Below are positions 1 to 13,050 of a stretch of DNA of 64,000 bases, piece by piece. Location of the stretch: NCBI GenBank assembly GCA_046563655.1, contig CM102289.1, positions 2,170,001 to 2,234,000 on the forward strand. The letters are read 5' to 3'. Within the stretch, counting starts at the first letter, position 1. Each line of letters starts with the position of its first letter. Source of the DNA: Yuukianura sp. NJ FZ-2021 (taxonomy: Eukaryota). The position numbers and the translations under genes were made by a program. Under the pieces are notes generated by a model. It saw only the letters and a program-made list of their open reading frames with translations, was not told the origin of the DNA and did not search any database.

Positions 1-777
1 TTCACAAGGAAACTGGACAGTGTTACAAAGTGTGGTCAACAGGACCTTGTGGAACCCACAGTAACATGATTTTTCTTATGGAAAATACAGAAGAAGGTGA
101 ATATTACGGGTCATGTCAATGTCAAGACTCGGACAGAGTGACAGCGTATTACCCACCTCACAAAACATGCTATTCGGTTTACGATCAGGTGAGGATGAGC
201 GATTAAGTGTTCTATCTACGTTTGTTTAAAATGAAATTGCAACAGACTGTTACTCAAATCAAAAAAAAACTTGGAAACAAATTTTATAAAATTGAGTTTC
301 CGTCCACTCATCTACTAACTTTAAAAACTTTCCACGTGACACTTTTCTTTCTCGTTTAATTCAATGAGGAAAAAAAGGGTCGGTGGGAATGTTTTTAAAG
401 TTTACATGAGTGGACAGTAACTTAATTAAAATTTAATTTAGGGATATTGCCGTCGCGGGTACATTTTGAGCCCTATGAGCAAAGGTTCGCCTGAAATTGG
501 ATGCAGGGCAAATTCCTGTTTTCAACCATTTCGCCCAGGACTGATTCGATTTGAAGATCGCTGTGTAAAAATTGGGGCAAGTTGTGACACTGGGGTTAAC
601 GATGATCATGCTGACGGAATAATACGTGTTGATGAAGATGACGGATCGACGTTGTTTTGTGGAATTCCAGCGTACTCTGGTGGTGCAGGCGCAATTACAG
701 TAAATTGCCCAAGGGGAAGTTATCGAACCAGAGCACAAACGTGTAAGCGGGTAATTTTTCGTGCCGACAATTGGTAA
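1..777 (+). CDS. 3' part of a Cys-rich DUF4789-like protein (exons <1-188 and 442-777)
   Basis: Frame HKETGQCYKVWSTGPCG...YYPPHKTCYSVYDQ ends at a GT donor (189). After the AG at 440-441 it continues in phase as GYCRRG...CPRGSYRTRAQTCKRVIFRADNW*. The repeated CY..x.GPC/QGYC pattern is typical of arthropod DUF4789 proteins. Confidence 0.7.
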
Positions 778-2568
778 ATTTCTAAACTGCGGCATAATAA
801 AAAACAATAAATTTTCGGACCTGCTTAAGTATTTTTTGGCGTATTGCCGAACAATGATTTTTCAAAAGTGACTTCCCATTTTTTTTACGTAACTTAATTC
901 TGATTTACAAGGGAATAACCTTTATAGTTGGGCTAAAGCGGTGGCTTACGTTCGTCAATATTTTTTGAAATCCAAACTCTTTGGCCGCTACAAAAACGGA
1001 TAAATCAACTCCCACCAGAAACAGGACAAATATTGTATCGCACTTTTTAGTCAGCTGTAACGGGACAGGTTGTGCCATTTCCCACTGAAATTCAAATTCT
1101 TTTTTCTCAAAATTCATTTTTCCATGGTAAGTTCTTATTTTTTCCCAGTAGTGCAGAAATCCGCCGGTAGAGAGCGCATCTACATATGGTTTGATGTAGA
1201 GGTTGTCAAAGTCCTCTTGCAGAAGTTCTATCAAGTACTGCCTACTTCCAAAATTAAGTGTTTCCATTTCTTTACTTTTTGTATTGCCGATGTATGCAGC
1301 CTTTCGGTTCAAAGTAGTTTTGAAATGAGGCCAAAACGTGTCCTCCATCGGTAAAGCGTAAGCTGTATTATCACATTGCGCAAGTTCAGTAGAAATAAGA
1401 TAATTTGGATGTGGCCTGCCGAAGTTTTTCATAAATGCGTAGTAGTCATGGATAGAATTTCTCCTCACATTAATTGGTGCTGAACAGTCGTAAGGACCAA
1501 CCGGGTTTGACGCATAAGTTGACTCAAAATGGCACGTTTCTCTTGAATTTTGTTGTTCGTGGGAATGGAGTCATATGTCGATTGATTCAGTTGAAGTATT
1601 AGTTCGAATGAAGCCTCTCATGTCGGTAGCGTATTGAACATACTTGAACTCCAGTTGCACTTGTTGGCGTACACGGCGACCAGCGGTAAGTTATACTTGG
1701 TGAGAATTGAGAAATTTGCGTTGAGCACGTCGTCAAAAGTCTCAAGCCCTTTCCACGGTGGAGCCAATGACAGTCGAGCTGTAAGGCTACCTCGGTAACT
1801 ATTAGCTAAAATTAAACTAAGTAGTATTAGAGGCATTACCACCAAGGCGTAGTGGCTGCTTTTAGAGTTTTTCAGAAATTTTAGGAGAAATTTCAAGTAG
1901 AGATGCAAAAATTATGAATCATGGAGTATCGGTTGCGTTTAGCTTACAAATGATACCCCAGGTTAGAACGTACGTGTTACAAATTGTTAAAGTAATTACG
2001 CACCACAAAGTTGCGTCGGAACTCTTAATGTACATTTCATAAGAATTCTCTGATTCAAATCTGCCGTCGCAAGTTATAAAGTTGTAATCATTTCGAAAAG
2101 TACTTGGAATTACTGTAACTGATAGAGGCATTGTAGTTTTAACATTTTCCATTACGCTGATATTTGCTGATTCAAATTCGTGTACATTTAGTAACTGGTA
2201 TGTGTATTCATGAACAGTCACATCTCGATAGAATAAGGTGTTCGCTTCCGTTAAAACTTGATTATCTTGGGAAAACAAAGGAAATTTCTTCAAACAGGTT
2301 GTGTTTCCTTGTATCATTAAATGTAGAAACGAATCCATTGAAAATGCAAACACGTAAGAAAATTTATATTTACTACTAGACAGAAAGTTTATGAGTAAGT
2401 TGGCCAAATGGTATTTTTCAAATTGAAGTTCCATGGGGTTCAAAAATATAAATGGAGGAGGGGCGTATGATACACAGTGGCGTCTAACACCCAGGACATT
2501 TTTGGACACCAGTTTGAAGATTTTGGTATTGTTGATGAAATAGTTTTTAAGTTTTTCAAGCCAAATAT

Positions 2569-2745
2569 TATTAACTAGGCAATACGTGGCGCCGCCTACG
2601 GGCGGCGCTCGAGCTAATAGGATAGAAATAGCAACTCATTCTCAGTATGAGTGCACCCTTCATAAGGAATCAGAGGAGTCAGAAATCCGACATTTAGCCA
2701 GACCCGCGGACAAACAGACATTACTTCTGCTTATGAAAAGGATAG
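2569..2745 (-). mobile_element. Short non-autonomous Helitron-like element
   Basis: Absent from the paralogs, where gccaaatat joins tctgaa directly. On the minus strand it ends with the hairpin GCGCCGCC-cgta-GGCGGCGC about 10 nt before CTAG, and it contains gtctgtttgtcc. Confidence 0.7.
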
Positions 2746-2906
2746 TCTGAACACTAGCCCTGGACAAATCTGTAAAACTGGTAATGTGTTTTCCGTACAT
2801 GAGTTTCATAATTTCGAGCTCAACGGTACCGTTGCTGTTCAATCCGACCTGTGCTACGGTACATCGGCATTGAATCTTGATGTAGGAAAAAAGGCTTGGA
2901 TGAGAT

Positions 2907-3178
2907 CAGGTGGTGGCAAAAACGTCCTAGCGACCAAAAAACTATTTTTGAAATGTAAACAAACTCTCGCAGTGACGTCATTCCGAGAAAATACAGGTTT
3001 ATCAAAGTTTTTAAGGTATGTTTTAGTTAACAGCGAAAGTTTTGAGGCTAAAATCATGAAAATGTTGAACAGCACTCACTGTAAATGAGCTAATTTCGAT
3101 GAAAAAATTCCCATAGTAACGATATTTTGAAAAAAAACAATCGTAACGGACCTTACCTCTAGTATTCTATTTACCTTG
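2907..3178. mobile_element. ~270-bp insertion with 8-9 bp target-site duplication
   Basis: Flanked by (g)gatgagat at 2898-2906 and 3179-3187 and absent from the paralogs. Terminal inversion is weak (caggt / accttg). Confidence 0.6.
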
Positions 3179-4334
3179 GGATGAGATACGTTTTGTTCAG
3201 CGATTCCAACCATGAAGCTGTTTTGAGTTTTGAATAATCGATTGTACCATGCATAGAAGGTCTTGGTTTCTTTGCGATCGGTTTCCACTGTTCAAATTTG
3301 TGTACCGATTTACACTTTCTTTAAATTGCACACCAATTTCTCGGGTTTGACTTTCAGTAGGATCAATTCCGCAGAAAATGAAAGCCAGACATTTGAATTT
3401 TAGTTGCAAGGTTTGGTTTACCTCCAAATTCGAACATCCGCACCTTTCTGAAATTGATTCCAAAGTCAAAACTAGAGGAACATCTAGTGAAGCATTGACT
3501 TGGCACAGGCCAAGACGGTCATTTCTTGCAGGATTGATCATGACGAGTTCCATCCAACTGTCACCGAAAAATGTCAAAATTTGTAGTTGAACTTGGTGTG
3601 AAGTTATTGTAAATGTGGTAGCGGCAGTAACAAGGAATGCTGAGTCCAGAAATAACGTTGCTATGATATGGAACACCTCCTTTCATTACAGAATTTCCAA
3701 CTAAAAGTTTGTTGCTTAAAAGACTCGGCTTCAGTCTTCTAGTAACGAAAATTCTTACAACTCTACTCATAGTTTTTTGTGTGATTGGAGGAAAAAAAAT
3801 TTGGTAGTTTGTTGAAAAATTCAGGCTAGAAAGATAGAGTGGAGAAAAGAAAAGAAAGTTTTGACCCTAGACCAGAGTCAAATTTTTGTTAACTAAGTAA
3901 GGGAAATCCATGTCAAAGGTCAAACGTGCTAGAAGTTTCACTGCCTAGATTTTGCAAAAAGAAAAAAAAACAAGAGTTAGGTTAGTTTTTTTTTTTTTTG
4001 CAAACGCTATGAACTTTTGGGAAAAGATAACAACTGTGAAAGTCTAGAATGAAAAAAATACGAAAGTTTCACGGTTTTACGGTTTTAGGTTTTAGGTACG
4101 GTTTTAGGGTTTTACGGTTATCACTTTTTTGACTTTCTTTTGATCAAGAGGATGCGATAGAAGGACAAGACACAAAAATTTCGAAATTTTGAACTTTTTT
4201 TTATTTGGTTTGTGCAAAACCACAGTTTTCGAAACTGAAGAGAGAGAATCTGCAAAGTGCATGCGTATTTAACTAACTAGGATTTTGCTTAGTCGAAACT
4301 ATGAAACATGTCACAAAGTTTTGGAAGTTGGGGG

Positions 4335-4600
4335 TATCGAGCAAGGTTGCTAAGCAACCAATTGTATTGCTACAAGAGGTTATTCAATACCTCCGAGGTT
4401 TATAAAAATTGAGTGAAAACAACTTTTTGGACCAATTTTGGACCAACTCCGTTACATTACATACAAATCATTAATTACCATAGTAAGGCACGGCGAAGCA
4501 AGTTTTGCAAATTATTTAACAAAATTAAAAAACGTAGAGTTAATGAATAACCTCTTGTAGCAATCAACAATCTGCTTGTTTACCCACCTTGGCATCGAGT
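4335..4600. mobile_element. Decayed MITE-like inverted repeat
   Basis: Perfect 21-bp inverted pair attgctacaagaggttattca (4366-4386) / tgaataacctcttgtagcaat (4544-4564), with weaker symmetry outside it. Confidence 0.45.
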
Positions 4601-5188
4601 AACTTCGTTAAATTAAAAGTCAGATGGGATAAGTGTTTTAAATTGCATTTTAATTGCAACCTTTATGGATGTGATTGAGCAAAAACGTTTTTGCGTCTTT
4701 GAAGCTTAGTTTTAGTTTCATTTAAGTGTGTCTTACAATTACTAAACTACTCTAAAGATTAACTTAACTACATTTTACGATGACAGAATAACACTAATGC
4801 ATCGCTTTTTACACAAAGTACTTAAACTTCATCAGACAACACTGAGAACTAAAAATTTTTAGTTTGGTGGAAATGAAAAGTGATGCCTACCTAACGGATG
4901 ATTATTAAGAAGCGAATTTATTCGGAACTTTGTTTTTGCCCGTGTCTGTCTTTCTGCCCGTCTGTCCCTATACTTCATAATCTTTTTTATATATTATATA
5001 ATATTATTCTAATATAAATATTATATCAAATATATAAGAAAAATGTTACTCTACAAGGGAGTTCTTTATAATTGATCTGACGATACCGACTTATATTATC
5101 TTTGAAAGTGAGTTTATTCTTTACTACTGTTTGACTATTAAATTTTACGACTACGTTCCAATTTGCATCATTAATAAGTGTACCACGG

Positions 5189-7951
5189 TCATAGGTCGTC
5201 GTCAATATATCCATCTCCCTTAGTACATTTAGATTTGCAGTTACAGTAACCGATGCCTTCGCTGGGTTTTCCCAGTCTCTGGAAATAGTGGTCAGGCTTA
5301 GGTTAGTTCAACAAGGTTATGTTAAAGATAATTTATTTGGTTAGACTAACTCTAGCACTACCCGATGCTTCTGAACAATACACAGAAAACAAGTTTTTCA
5401 ATTTAAAAAAAAATCTTCCTTTTAGGAAAAAAAACTACGTTTCAAAGCATCATTTTCCGTTTCCATTTAAATGAAAAGTTGCCATGTTGTCGATGACCAT
5501 TTGAAGCCCCGAATTATACTATTTTAAGTTTATGTTTGAAGAAATAGCAATTCCGAGGTTACGGATGCCACACAGTTAATTGGGAGCACGTTAGCTTCTT
5601 GTTTCGTCCAACGTAAACGTTTAAGGAAACAAATGGTGCTTTGAAATATCTTATGATTTAGAAGATAAGAAAAACATTGGGCACTTGTACCGTTAAGGTT
5701 AATATTACTCCATACGACATCCAGATAACACACACAACATTAACGTTAGCATCACGATAGACTTACGCGAACACAACAATAGACGCTCCTTGAACATTGT
5801 TTGGTTTTTTTTGCTTTCAGTTTGCATTGCAAGTTCGTGGAACACTGAAATTTGAATGAAAGTACTACAGTGGACAACTTCAAATTGGGGAACACTTTTC
5901 TACTCAGTCGCGTGCGTGACAGGGAAATACCAAAAAAGATAAATATTGCGGGGTCTATACAGAAAAAAGCTGAGTGCCAGCCAATGTATCAGTTAATACA
6001 ATTCGAGACAATGGCGTTCTGCCATTTTTTCTGAGGGGTACAATCACTAGTTCACTTGAACCCAAATTCTCACACAGCTTAAACAGGGTGTCCCAAGATT
6101 TAATGCAGCAACGCGGAGAGGAAATTTGAGAATTTTCTAAAGTGAGGAGTTTAAATTTTGAGCGGGTGTCGGCAAGAATACTTCACTGAGTTTCGTTTCC
6201 AACTGATCACATAATTTTCTCCTCAAATTCAAAGGTTTTAGTTCGCAATGAATTCTTTTACGTTTAAATTCATATCTTCTATTTTCTCAAAACCATTGTG
6301 GAATCAAACAAATCATAACCAACACATAATTGTCAAACTAATCGTTTTACTAACCTTTAAAGTTTCTGATATTCAACTGCTGACCGAAAAACAAAGTACT
6401 CAACCGAATGAGGGGGTGAGGTTATTTACACTCCACAATGCTTTTGAGAAGAAAAAGTTGTGAATTACAAGTAAAAGTTTAGTTTCCAATTAAAAGTTAA
6501 TCGAGTTTGATGAAGAGAAGATTTTGTGATCAGTTTGAAACAAAACTCAGTGAAGTGTTTTTGCCGACAACCGCTGAAAATTTGAATTCCCGCCCTCGCT
6601 CTAAAAAAAATTCTCAAATTGCCTCTCCGCGTTGCTGCATTAAATCTCCCTGTGATTGATTGCTTCCGAAAAAAAGAAGGGGAATCTATAACTTTGTTAT
6701 GTATTCAAACGCATGAGTTGTTCACTTACTAAAGTAGGCGAGTGTGAACAGTGACACTTGTTCGTTTCACTACAAATCTGGTACGGCGTCTCATGAGAGC
6801 AAAAGTCACCACATTCGTCTCCATAGTTGCACTATGAAAAAATAAAATAAAACTATACTATGACATAATTTAAGATTTCGAAATTTTGAATTAAAGAAAA
6901 AGGGCCTAACAAAGTCCATGTCCACGCAGTCGCATTGTCCCTTGTTACAAAACTTTCTCTTGTTCTTGCCTACGCAAGTTCCTTTATCATCCTCGCATTG
7001 GGCATTTTTTTTGCACTAAATATAATAATAATAGTTATAATAGTGATGAATTTATAATAACGTATTATTTAAATTGAGGTATCTAGTTAATTGAATATGA
7101 GTTTGTTCCACTTACTTCTGTTTGATAACATTCGCATTTTTCTTTGTTCTTGGGTCCACAGTAGTATAAGTGTCGGCACTGACTTTTCATTTCTGTACAA
7201 CGGTCACACTGAAAACAAAATATTTTTTAAAGGCAAACCATTGAAAATTTACGAAATTTTGCAAATAGAACTAAAGCCCGAGTCACAGTTAGCTTGAAAC
7301 TGCAAACTGCAGCAGCGCTATTGCTGTTCGTGGTTGCAGTCGCGTCTGAAAATCGACAAGCACATACTGCAAATAGCCAGACAGCGCAAATGCTGCGGCG
7401 GCAGAAAAAAAAAGTTGAACTCGAGAGACTACAATTTTTCATCTGCTGTTTGCGTTGGAAACTGCAACTGCGTAAGCGGCAAAATTTTGGTGCGAAATGT
7501 ATGAAACAACTGAAATGACGGAAATGTTCAACCAAAATAAGTACACGTTATACGCATGTGCAGTGTGCAAACCTTAAACACACTCAACATTTTAAAACTT
7601 TACCGCGCCTTCTATAAATCAGTAAAAATATACATTAATTGTATATTTAATTATTATATATATATAATAATAATTCGAATTTGTTTTTTTCTGTTGATGT
7701 CTTTTGGGTTGATGTGTTTTCATTGTTGATGGGTTTGTGTTGTTGATGTCTTTTCGTTGATGTGTTTCGTGTTGATGTATTTTCAGTTGATATCTTTTTT
7801 TACGTATTTGCATGAACCCATAATTATTATTGTTTCATAATTTTTTTTTTGGAATTGCACTTACGCCAGTAGCGTTTTGAAGTTTTGCCACTGCTGTACC
7901 ACTAAAACTTGCAAAAACCAATGCCACCATTGCCAGGGATAGCGTAGACAT
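5189..7951 (-). CDS. Secreted 153-aa protein with three tandem Cys-rich CSalpha/beta (defensin / scorpion-toxin-like) modules; exons 7951-7865, 7015-6911, 6831-6730, 5844-5767, 5278-5189
   Basis: Five phase-0 exons with GT-AG introns give MSTLSLAMVALVFASFSGTAVAKLQNATG|CKKNAQCEDDKGTCVGKNKRKFCNKGQCDCVDMDF|CNYGDECGDFCSHETPYQICSETNKCHCSHSPTL|CSTNLQCKLKAKKTKQCSRSVYCCVR|RLGKPSEGIGYCNCKSKCTKGDGYIDDDL*. It has a signal peptide, 20 Cys, and an AATAAA about 70 nt after the stop. Confidence 0.75.
6084..6652. mobile_element. MITE with ~130-bp imperfect TIRs (Tc1/mariner-like CAGGGTG end)
   Basis: cagggtgtcccaagatttaatgcagcaacgcggagag... is mirrored by ...ctctccgcgttgctgcattaaatctccctg. The inner arms also pair (cttcactgagtt / aactcagtgaag). 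It lies in intron 3 of the Cys-rich gene. Confidence 0.75.
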
Positions 7952-8013
7952 TTTTTCTTGAAACAAAACCTCAGGTTCCTAAATTCCCAGCAATGAAATT
8001 GTGTTTTATTTAA

Positions 8014-8576
8014 GGCTCGCGAATACCCTGGAAACTGGGGGTCAAAATTCCGCTGTAACTCATGAACTGAAAAATGGCGTGGTTCAGCGTAGGAAGGTCG
8101 TACAATGACATACTATATATCAAACTTTAGGGAAAGACTTAATATAGTATCCTGCCAAGAAACAATTACAAATTTTAGTTCTTACTATGCAAAAAATTTA
8201 CCCAAATTTGCCACCGGCATTTTTTCATAGTTAGCGCTAAAATTTTTTCTTGGCATGATACTAGATCATGTCTTTTCCTAAAGTTTGAAATGTTGTAGGT
8301 TATTCTACGACACTCCCACGAAGAGCCAGCGTATTTTTCAATTTCAATGTCGCTGCCTCAGAAAAGTTGTTTACAAAACCCAGACGACGGCAACCGAGCT
8401 TGAGTCAGTATTTTGTTTGTTTGAAAGTGCATACTTTTTTCATCATATTTGCACTGATCCTTTTTCAACACTCATGCTTTTTGTCGATGTCTGCATCTTT
8501 TAATAACTGCACAAGCTCGGTTATCGTGGTTACTAAATTTAACGATTATTGTTTATTAGACGCATACCACACGTCC
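8014..8576. mobile_element. Kolobok-like non-autonomous DNA transposon, copy 1
   Basis: TTAA on both sides and GG...CC termini. Homologous end to end, in inverted orientation, to 19134-19715. Confidence 0.7.
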
Positions 8577-9855
8577 TTAACTTGAAGAAAAATTTATTTG
8601 TTACCGATTTGTTTACGAACTAACCTTGCGGAGAATAATCCAAAAGGTATCTAAGAAGCAAAGGAATCAACGAGAAATTTAGTGATGTTTAAATAAAATT
8701 GTGTATTATGCACAATATATTAAAATGTACAATAATATCTATAAAATAGAATATTATGTTTTAAGTGTAATTTATTTTTTTAATCTCTGAAATATGTTTT
8801 ACGACAACACCCACCTGTTGAAACTGAGCACAGAGAGAGTCTTCGAAGAGCCTGAGCCTAATCGCAGTTTTTCTGTAACTTCCAAACTTACAAATACACT
8901 GAAATTGGGTCAATTCAAGCCAGTGTGGGCTTGTACCTGGGGATTTGATGATTCCCCGGTGATTTGGGCATTATCGGGGCTTTGGCGATGTGTTGTACAG
9001 CGCAGGCGCAGTGTCCACGAAAACCCTGACTTCAGTGTAGCTCCACCCCGAGCATTCCCACCGGCCATTTGTTTTGTTCTTTGTTGTCATCTATTGTTAC
9101 GAAACGTTTTAACGTACGTCCGATGTGGAGTATTATTCATTATTTAGAATTTATTATATTATACTATATTAATATATTATAAACGGTACTATTATACTAT
9201 TATATGAATATATTAATATATTATAAAGTCAGCATATAAGTATAATTATATTTATAATGTAATAATATGCAAATGGTTTATTATATAAATATAGTATAAT
9301 AAATACGAATGTGTCATTTGTTGATAAATAATATATATGCAATATTCAAAACCGGACTTAAAATCCCATTATTTGCGAGTTATAGTATTACTGAAAAACA
9401 AAAACTCATACATTTCATTAAAAAACGAAATTCCAACTGGCCGCCAATTCTCCACATCCGAGCCTGGAGGGGGGAACCCCAACAATCCCCATCGCCGTCC
9501 CAACTACGGTGGGTCGGAGTGTTGCCAAAACGTCTTTAAGCAGTGTTACTCTATTGCTGAATATTCCACTTTTTCGACATTTCTTCCATGGCTGGATATC
9601 CAGAAATGGAAGAAACGGATGAATAAAGAGCGAGAAATCAACTCGAAGAACAACCGTAAATCGCACCAAGGTAAGTTCTAATTAAAAAAAAAACAATTAA
9701 GCAAAGACGATTTAAATAGTTAACTAAAGTTAGTTCATAATATTTAATATTTAAATACATTTGAACGAATGGATTCTATTAACGGCCTGTTTTGGGCCCA
9801 GGCAAAAGTATGTGTATTTGAAATGACGACATGATGAAATTTTCAGGATAACTAT

Positions 9856-10825
9856 TATCTATCCCGAATAAGGTGTTCACTAGTTTGGAGTAGCAGAGGG
9901 GTGCGCCCGCGTGCAAAAAAGGGGCGCGGGGGCGGGTGCGGCATAATTAATTTAAATTTGGTAAAAAAAAATGCAAACGTGAAAAATAAATGAATGTTGA
10001 TAAAAATCATTACTTTTAATAATATAATTAATTAATTTTAATTAATATTTAAATAATTAATATGGAAAATTGTTTTTTTTTGTGTTTTTTTTTTACTTTC
10101 ACGTTATACAAACAAGTAGTTAATTAAAAATTGTTAAAACGTCTAATAATATAATATAATTAATGAAATTTAATTAATTAATGACTAATTAGCATAAACA
10201 ATTGATTTTGCTGAATTTTTTTTTTGTTTCAATTAAATGAGTAACTAGTTAAATGACAGTTCAAAACAAGTAATAATTTGATTCATTAGTTGTAGTTAGT
10301 AATTCAACAATTAATATTATACAAAATTATTGCCTGTTTTTTCCTTTGGTTTTTTTTTATGAAATAAAAAAAGAACTAATGAAACAAAACATGTGGTAAA
10401 ACATGGAGTTGTCACTAATCACTGTCATTTAACTAGTTACTCATTTAATTGAAACAAAAAAAAAATTCAGCAAAATCAATTGTTTATGCTAATTAGTCAT
10501 TAATTAATTAAATTTCATTAATTATATTATATTATTAGACGTTTTAACAATTTTTAATTAACTACTTGTTTGTATAACGTGAAAGTAAAAAAAAAACACA
10601 AAAAAAAACAATTTTCCATATTAATTATTTAAATATTAATTAAAATTAATTAATTATATTATTAAAAGTAATGATTTTTATCAACATTCATTTATTTTTC
10701 ACGTTTGCATTTTTTTTTACCAAATTTAAATTAATTATGCCGCACCCGCCCCCGCGCCCCTTTTTTGCACGCGGGCGCACCCCTCTGCTACTCCAAACTA
10801 GTGAACACCTTATTCGGGATAGATA
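9856..10825. repeat. Long perfect inverted repeat (405-bp arms, 160-bp spacer); possible foldback element
   Basis: 9856-10260 is the reverse complement of 10421-10825, including the homopolymer run lengths checked by eye. The outermost bases are TA...TA. Confidence 0.93.
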
Positions 10826-11685
10826 GTAGATGAAGGCCTGTAGAAGTCTGTGTGAAATTTATCGCCGAGTAAACTCAATCAGTTAATTTCTTTCATCCAC
10901 CGTCCAGTTAGGACCCCATTTCTTCTAGTGGATATCCAGTGGAAGTGGCATTTAAGCCACTGGACGTTTAAGTATTCGCTAACCCTGTTTTAAGTTCATT
11001 TGAAGTCAAAGACACGTTCGAGTTAGAAAAATAAAACCAAAATTTGAACTCGAAACAAAGCCAATGCCAATCAAATATTGAACCTTTCCGAAATTTATGC
11101 AACCCGAATTCGAAGCTTTCGAAAGACATAGCCCCTAGTAGTACTGTAATAATTTTTTTTTCCCAAAAAATAACATGTGATAAAACTTGAACATTGTTTG
11201 CATTTTTCAATGAACTCATAATGAATATCATCCCCTTGCGCTGCACATTACGTCGGACTAATTTTGCTTTTTCGGAGAAAAGAAGTTATGATTGGGAATT
11301 GGACAGTGTTTTTTTTTAAAAGAGTACAAGCATGGATATTCCTACTATGGACATTTGCACGAAGCCTAGTCTCCTAAGAACGCTTTAGTATTAGTTACAT
11401 GTGAGTTAAAGGAAAATTTTGAATATTTTGGAAGTGGATGTTAATAGGTAGTAAGAGTGGATGGTGGAAGTTGGGATGACCTCATGACCCTTGTGCTGCT
11501 TGTCTGAGCAGCCTTGGACTTTTCTTTTGCAGTGTGTACGAACTTTGTCCTCACCTCATAAATCCATTCTGTTCAAGACTGCGTAACGAGGAGGGAGAGA
11601 GAAAATAAATCACCCCCAGTGCCCGGTTTCTGTTTCTGTCAAACTTTCTTAGCACAAAACTCACCGCCAAACCCCACTGACTCCA

Positions 11686-11830
11686 TTATTAAGTAGCGAA
11701 GCTACTTTATACATTTACATTGTCTGTCTGTCTGATTGTCTCTCTGTCTGGCCGGCCGTCCGGCCGGCCGTGAAGGTGATCTCTGGGCCGGTGAAGGTGA
11801 TTTCACACAAACCTGACCCGTACCGATGCA
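11686..11830 (+). mobile_element. HINE/DINE-1-like fragment
   Basis: Hairpin aagtagc-gaa-gctactt followed by a (GTCT)n-like tract; same start layout as the element at 59855-60788. Confidence 0.45.
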
Positions 11831-11886
11831 AAAATATTTTAAATATGGTAAAACGAGCGTTGTTGACCAAAATCGAGTCAAGTAGG

Positions 11887-13050
11887 ACTAATTTCTAAAG
11901 TTCGATTGATGATGACAATGACTTTTGTGCTGCGGGTACAGAAGTAACTCTGACACTAAACGATTTAACTGTATGTCAGTATCTGTTTGCCGAAATATTG
12001 ACACGATAGGTTCCAAAAAAAAAGACAAGAAAAATGCTTTGGAATTTTGAGTAATAAAAATTAGCCCCAACGGAAATATTTTTGTCATTTCTTCGACCTC
12101 ATCCACGCGAAATATCGATTTCCCATGGTACGTTTTAAGTTGTTCGCAGTAGTGCAGAAGTCTGTTGTATGTATTCGGAATGAAAATTATTTAAGTGGCT
12201 GTGGCAAGGAACAAAAGACTGACCTCGCATGTGAGTGAGAATTCGGTTTTTATATTAACCTGGACGAGGAAGAGAAACAAGGAAGAGAAGGACAAGGTGA
12301 GTTAGTTTTGGAAGGTATTCACGACAAGGAAACAAGTTTTGAAGGTTAAAAGTAATTCTTAATTAGCGAAAGTATGCGGTACTTTATGTTATTCCCTGAG
12401 TCTGTTTGTCCATTTGTCGGTCTGTCCGCTGGTTAAGCTATATCTGGAACCACTGGACCGATTTTCAATTCGTTTTCGCAGATGAACTACACATGGTTCA
12501 GGGATGATTAATCGGTTTCCGGCCTGACCAGAAGTAAACAACTTCCGGGTGAAAGGTCAAGGTCAAGTAAAGTTTTTGGCAGAATTCTGGAAAATGACCT
12601 CAGCAAAAGTTGTTTATCTCATTAAACTGCACAACTTTTGTGTAAGTAACCTTGACCTACGGTAACGGAGATACAGACACAAGTCGCTAGTTTATGTTTT
12701 TTACCTGTGTCTGTCTGTCTGTTTCTCTCGCTACTTACATACGGCGTTTACATGGGTTAGATTTAGTTCAAAATAGAAGTTGGGATACGTAGGATACGTA
12801 GTCTTCTTGCTGAAAAATCCACAAATACGGTCTATTTCCAAAAATAAATTCTTCCGATTTTTTTCTTTTTATGCTTCCAATTCTTTTCTTTTTGTATAGT
12901 CGATGTATGCGGCGTTTCGGTTTTCATTTTTCAAACTATTTTTGAAATTTGGGGGAAATGTATCATCCATTGGAAGAGCGTACGCTCTTTTATCCCATAG
13001 CGCAACTTCAGCAGAAATAAGGTCATTAGGATGTGATGTATCAAACTTAC
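11887..13050 (-). pseudogene. Degenerate 3' remnant of an ionotropic-receptor-like gene, split by a repeat insertion
   Basis: Fragments HPNDLISAEVALWDKRAYALPMDDTF...KRKELEA and catggtacgttttaagttgttcgcagtagtgcagaa match the paralog C-termini. Confidence 0.75.
12358..12740 (+). mobile_element. HINE/DINE-1-like element
   Basis: Start ttaattagcgaaag, a gtctgtttgtcc tract, the accactggaccgattt core, an aaagttgt...acaacttt hairpin and a ctcgcta end. These motifs are shared with 59855-60788. Confidence 0.55.

Larger units (their letters stand above)
905..3770 (-). pseudogene. Disrupted copy of the divergent ionotropic-receptor-like family
   Basis: ORF fragments (3197-3676, 3076-3288, 1919-2509, 1618-1908, 905-1468) align in order to the intact paralogs at 26-41 kb (YNFITCDG, SYRGSLTARLS, DALSTGGFLHYWE). 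Several frameshifts and two insertions are present. Confidence 0.88.

Noticed and set aside
7206..7800. ORFs at 7227-7535 and 7294-7518, CAC...GTG ends and TTGATGT repeats
   Set aside because: This is low-complexity intronic repeat DNA with no TSD or convincing coding signal.
8285..8585. Similar ORFs here and at 19200-19436
   Set aside because: They are chance frames within two copies of the same non-coding element.
9337..9681. 114-aa ORF ending near a GTAAG donor
   Set aside because: It may be a TE or gene exon remnant, but there is no recognisable domain and no open partner exon was found.
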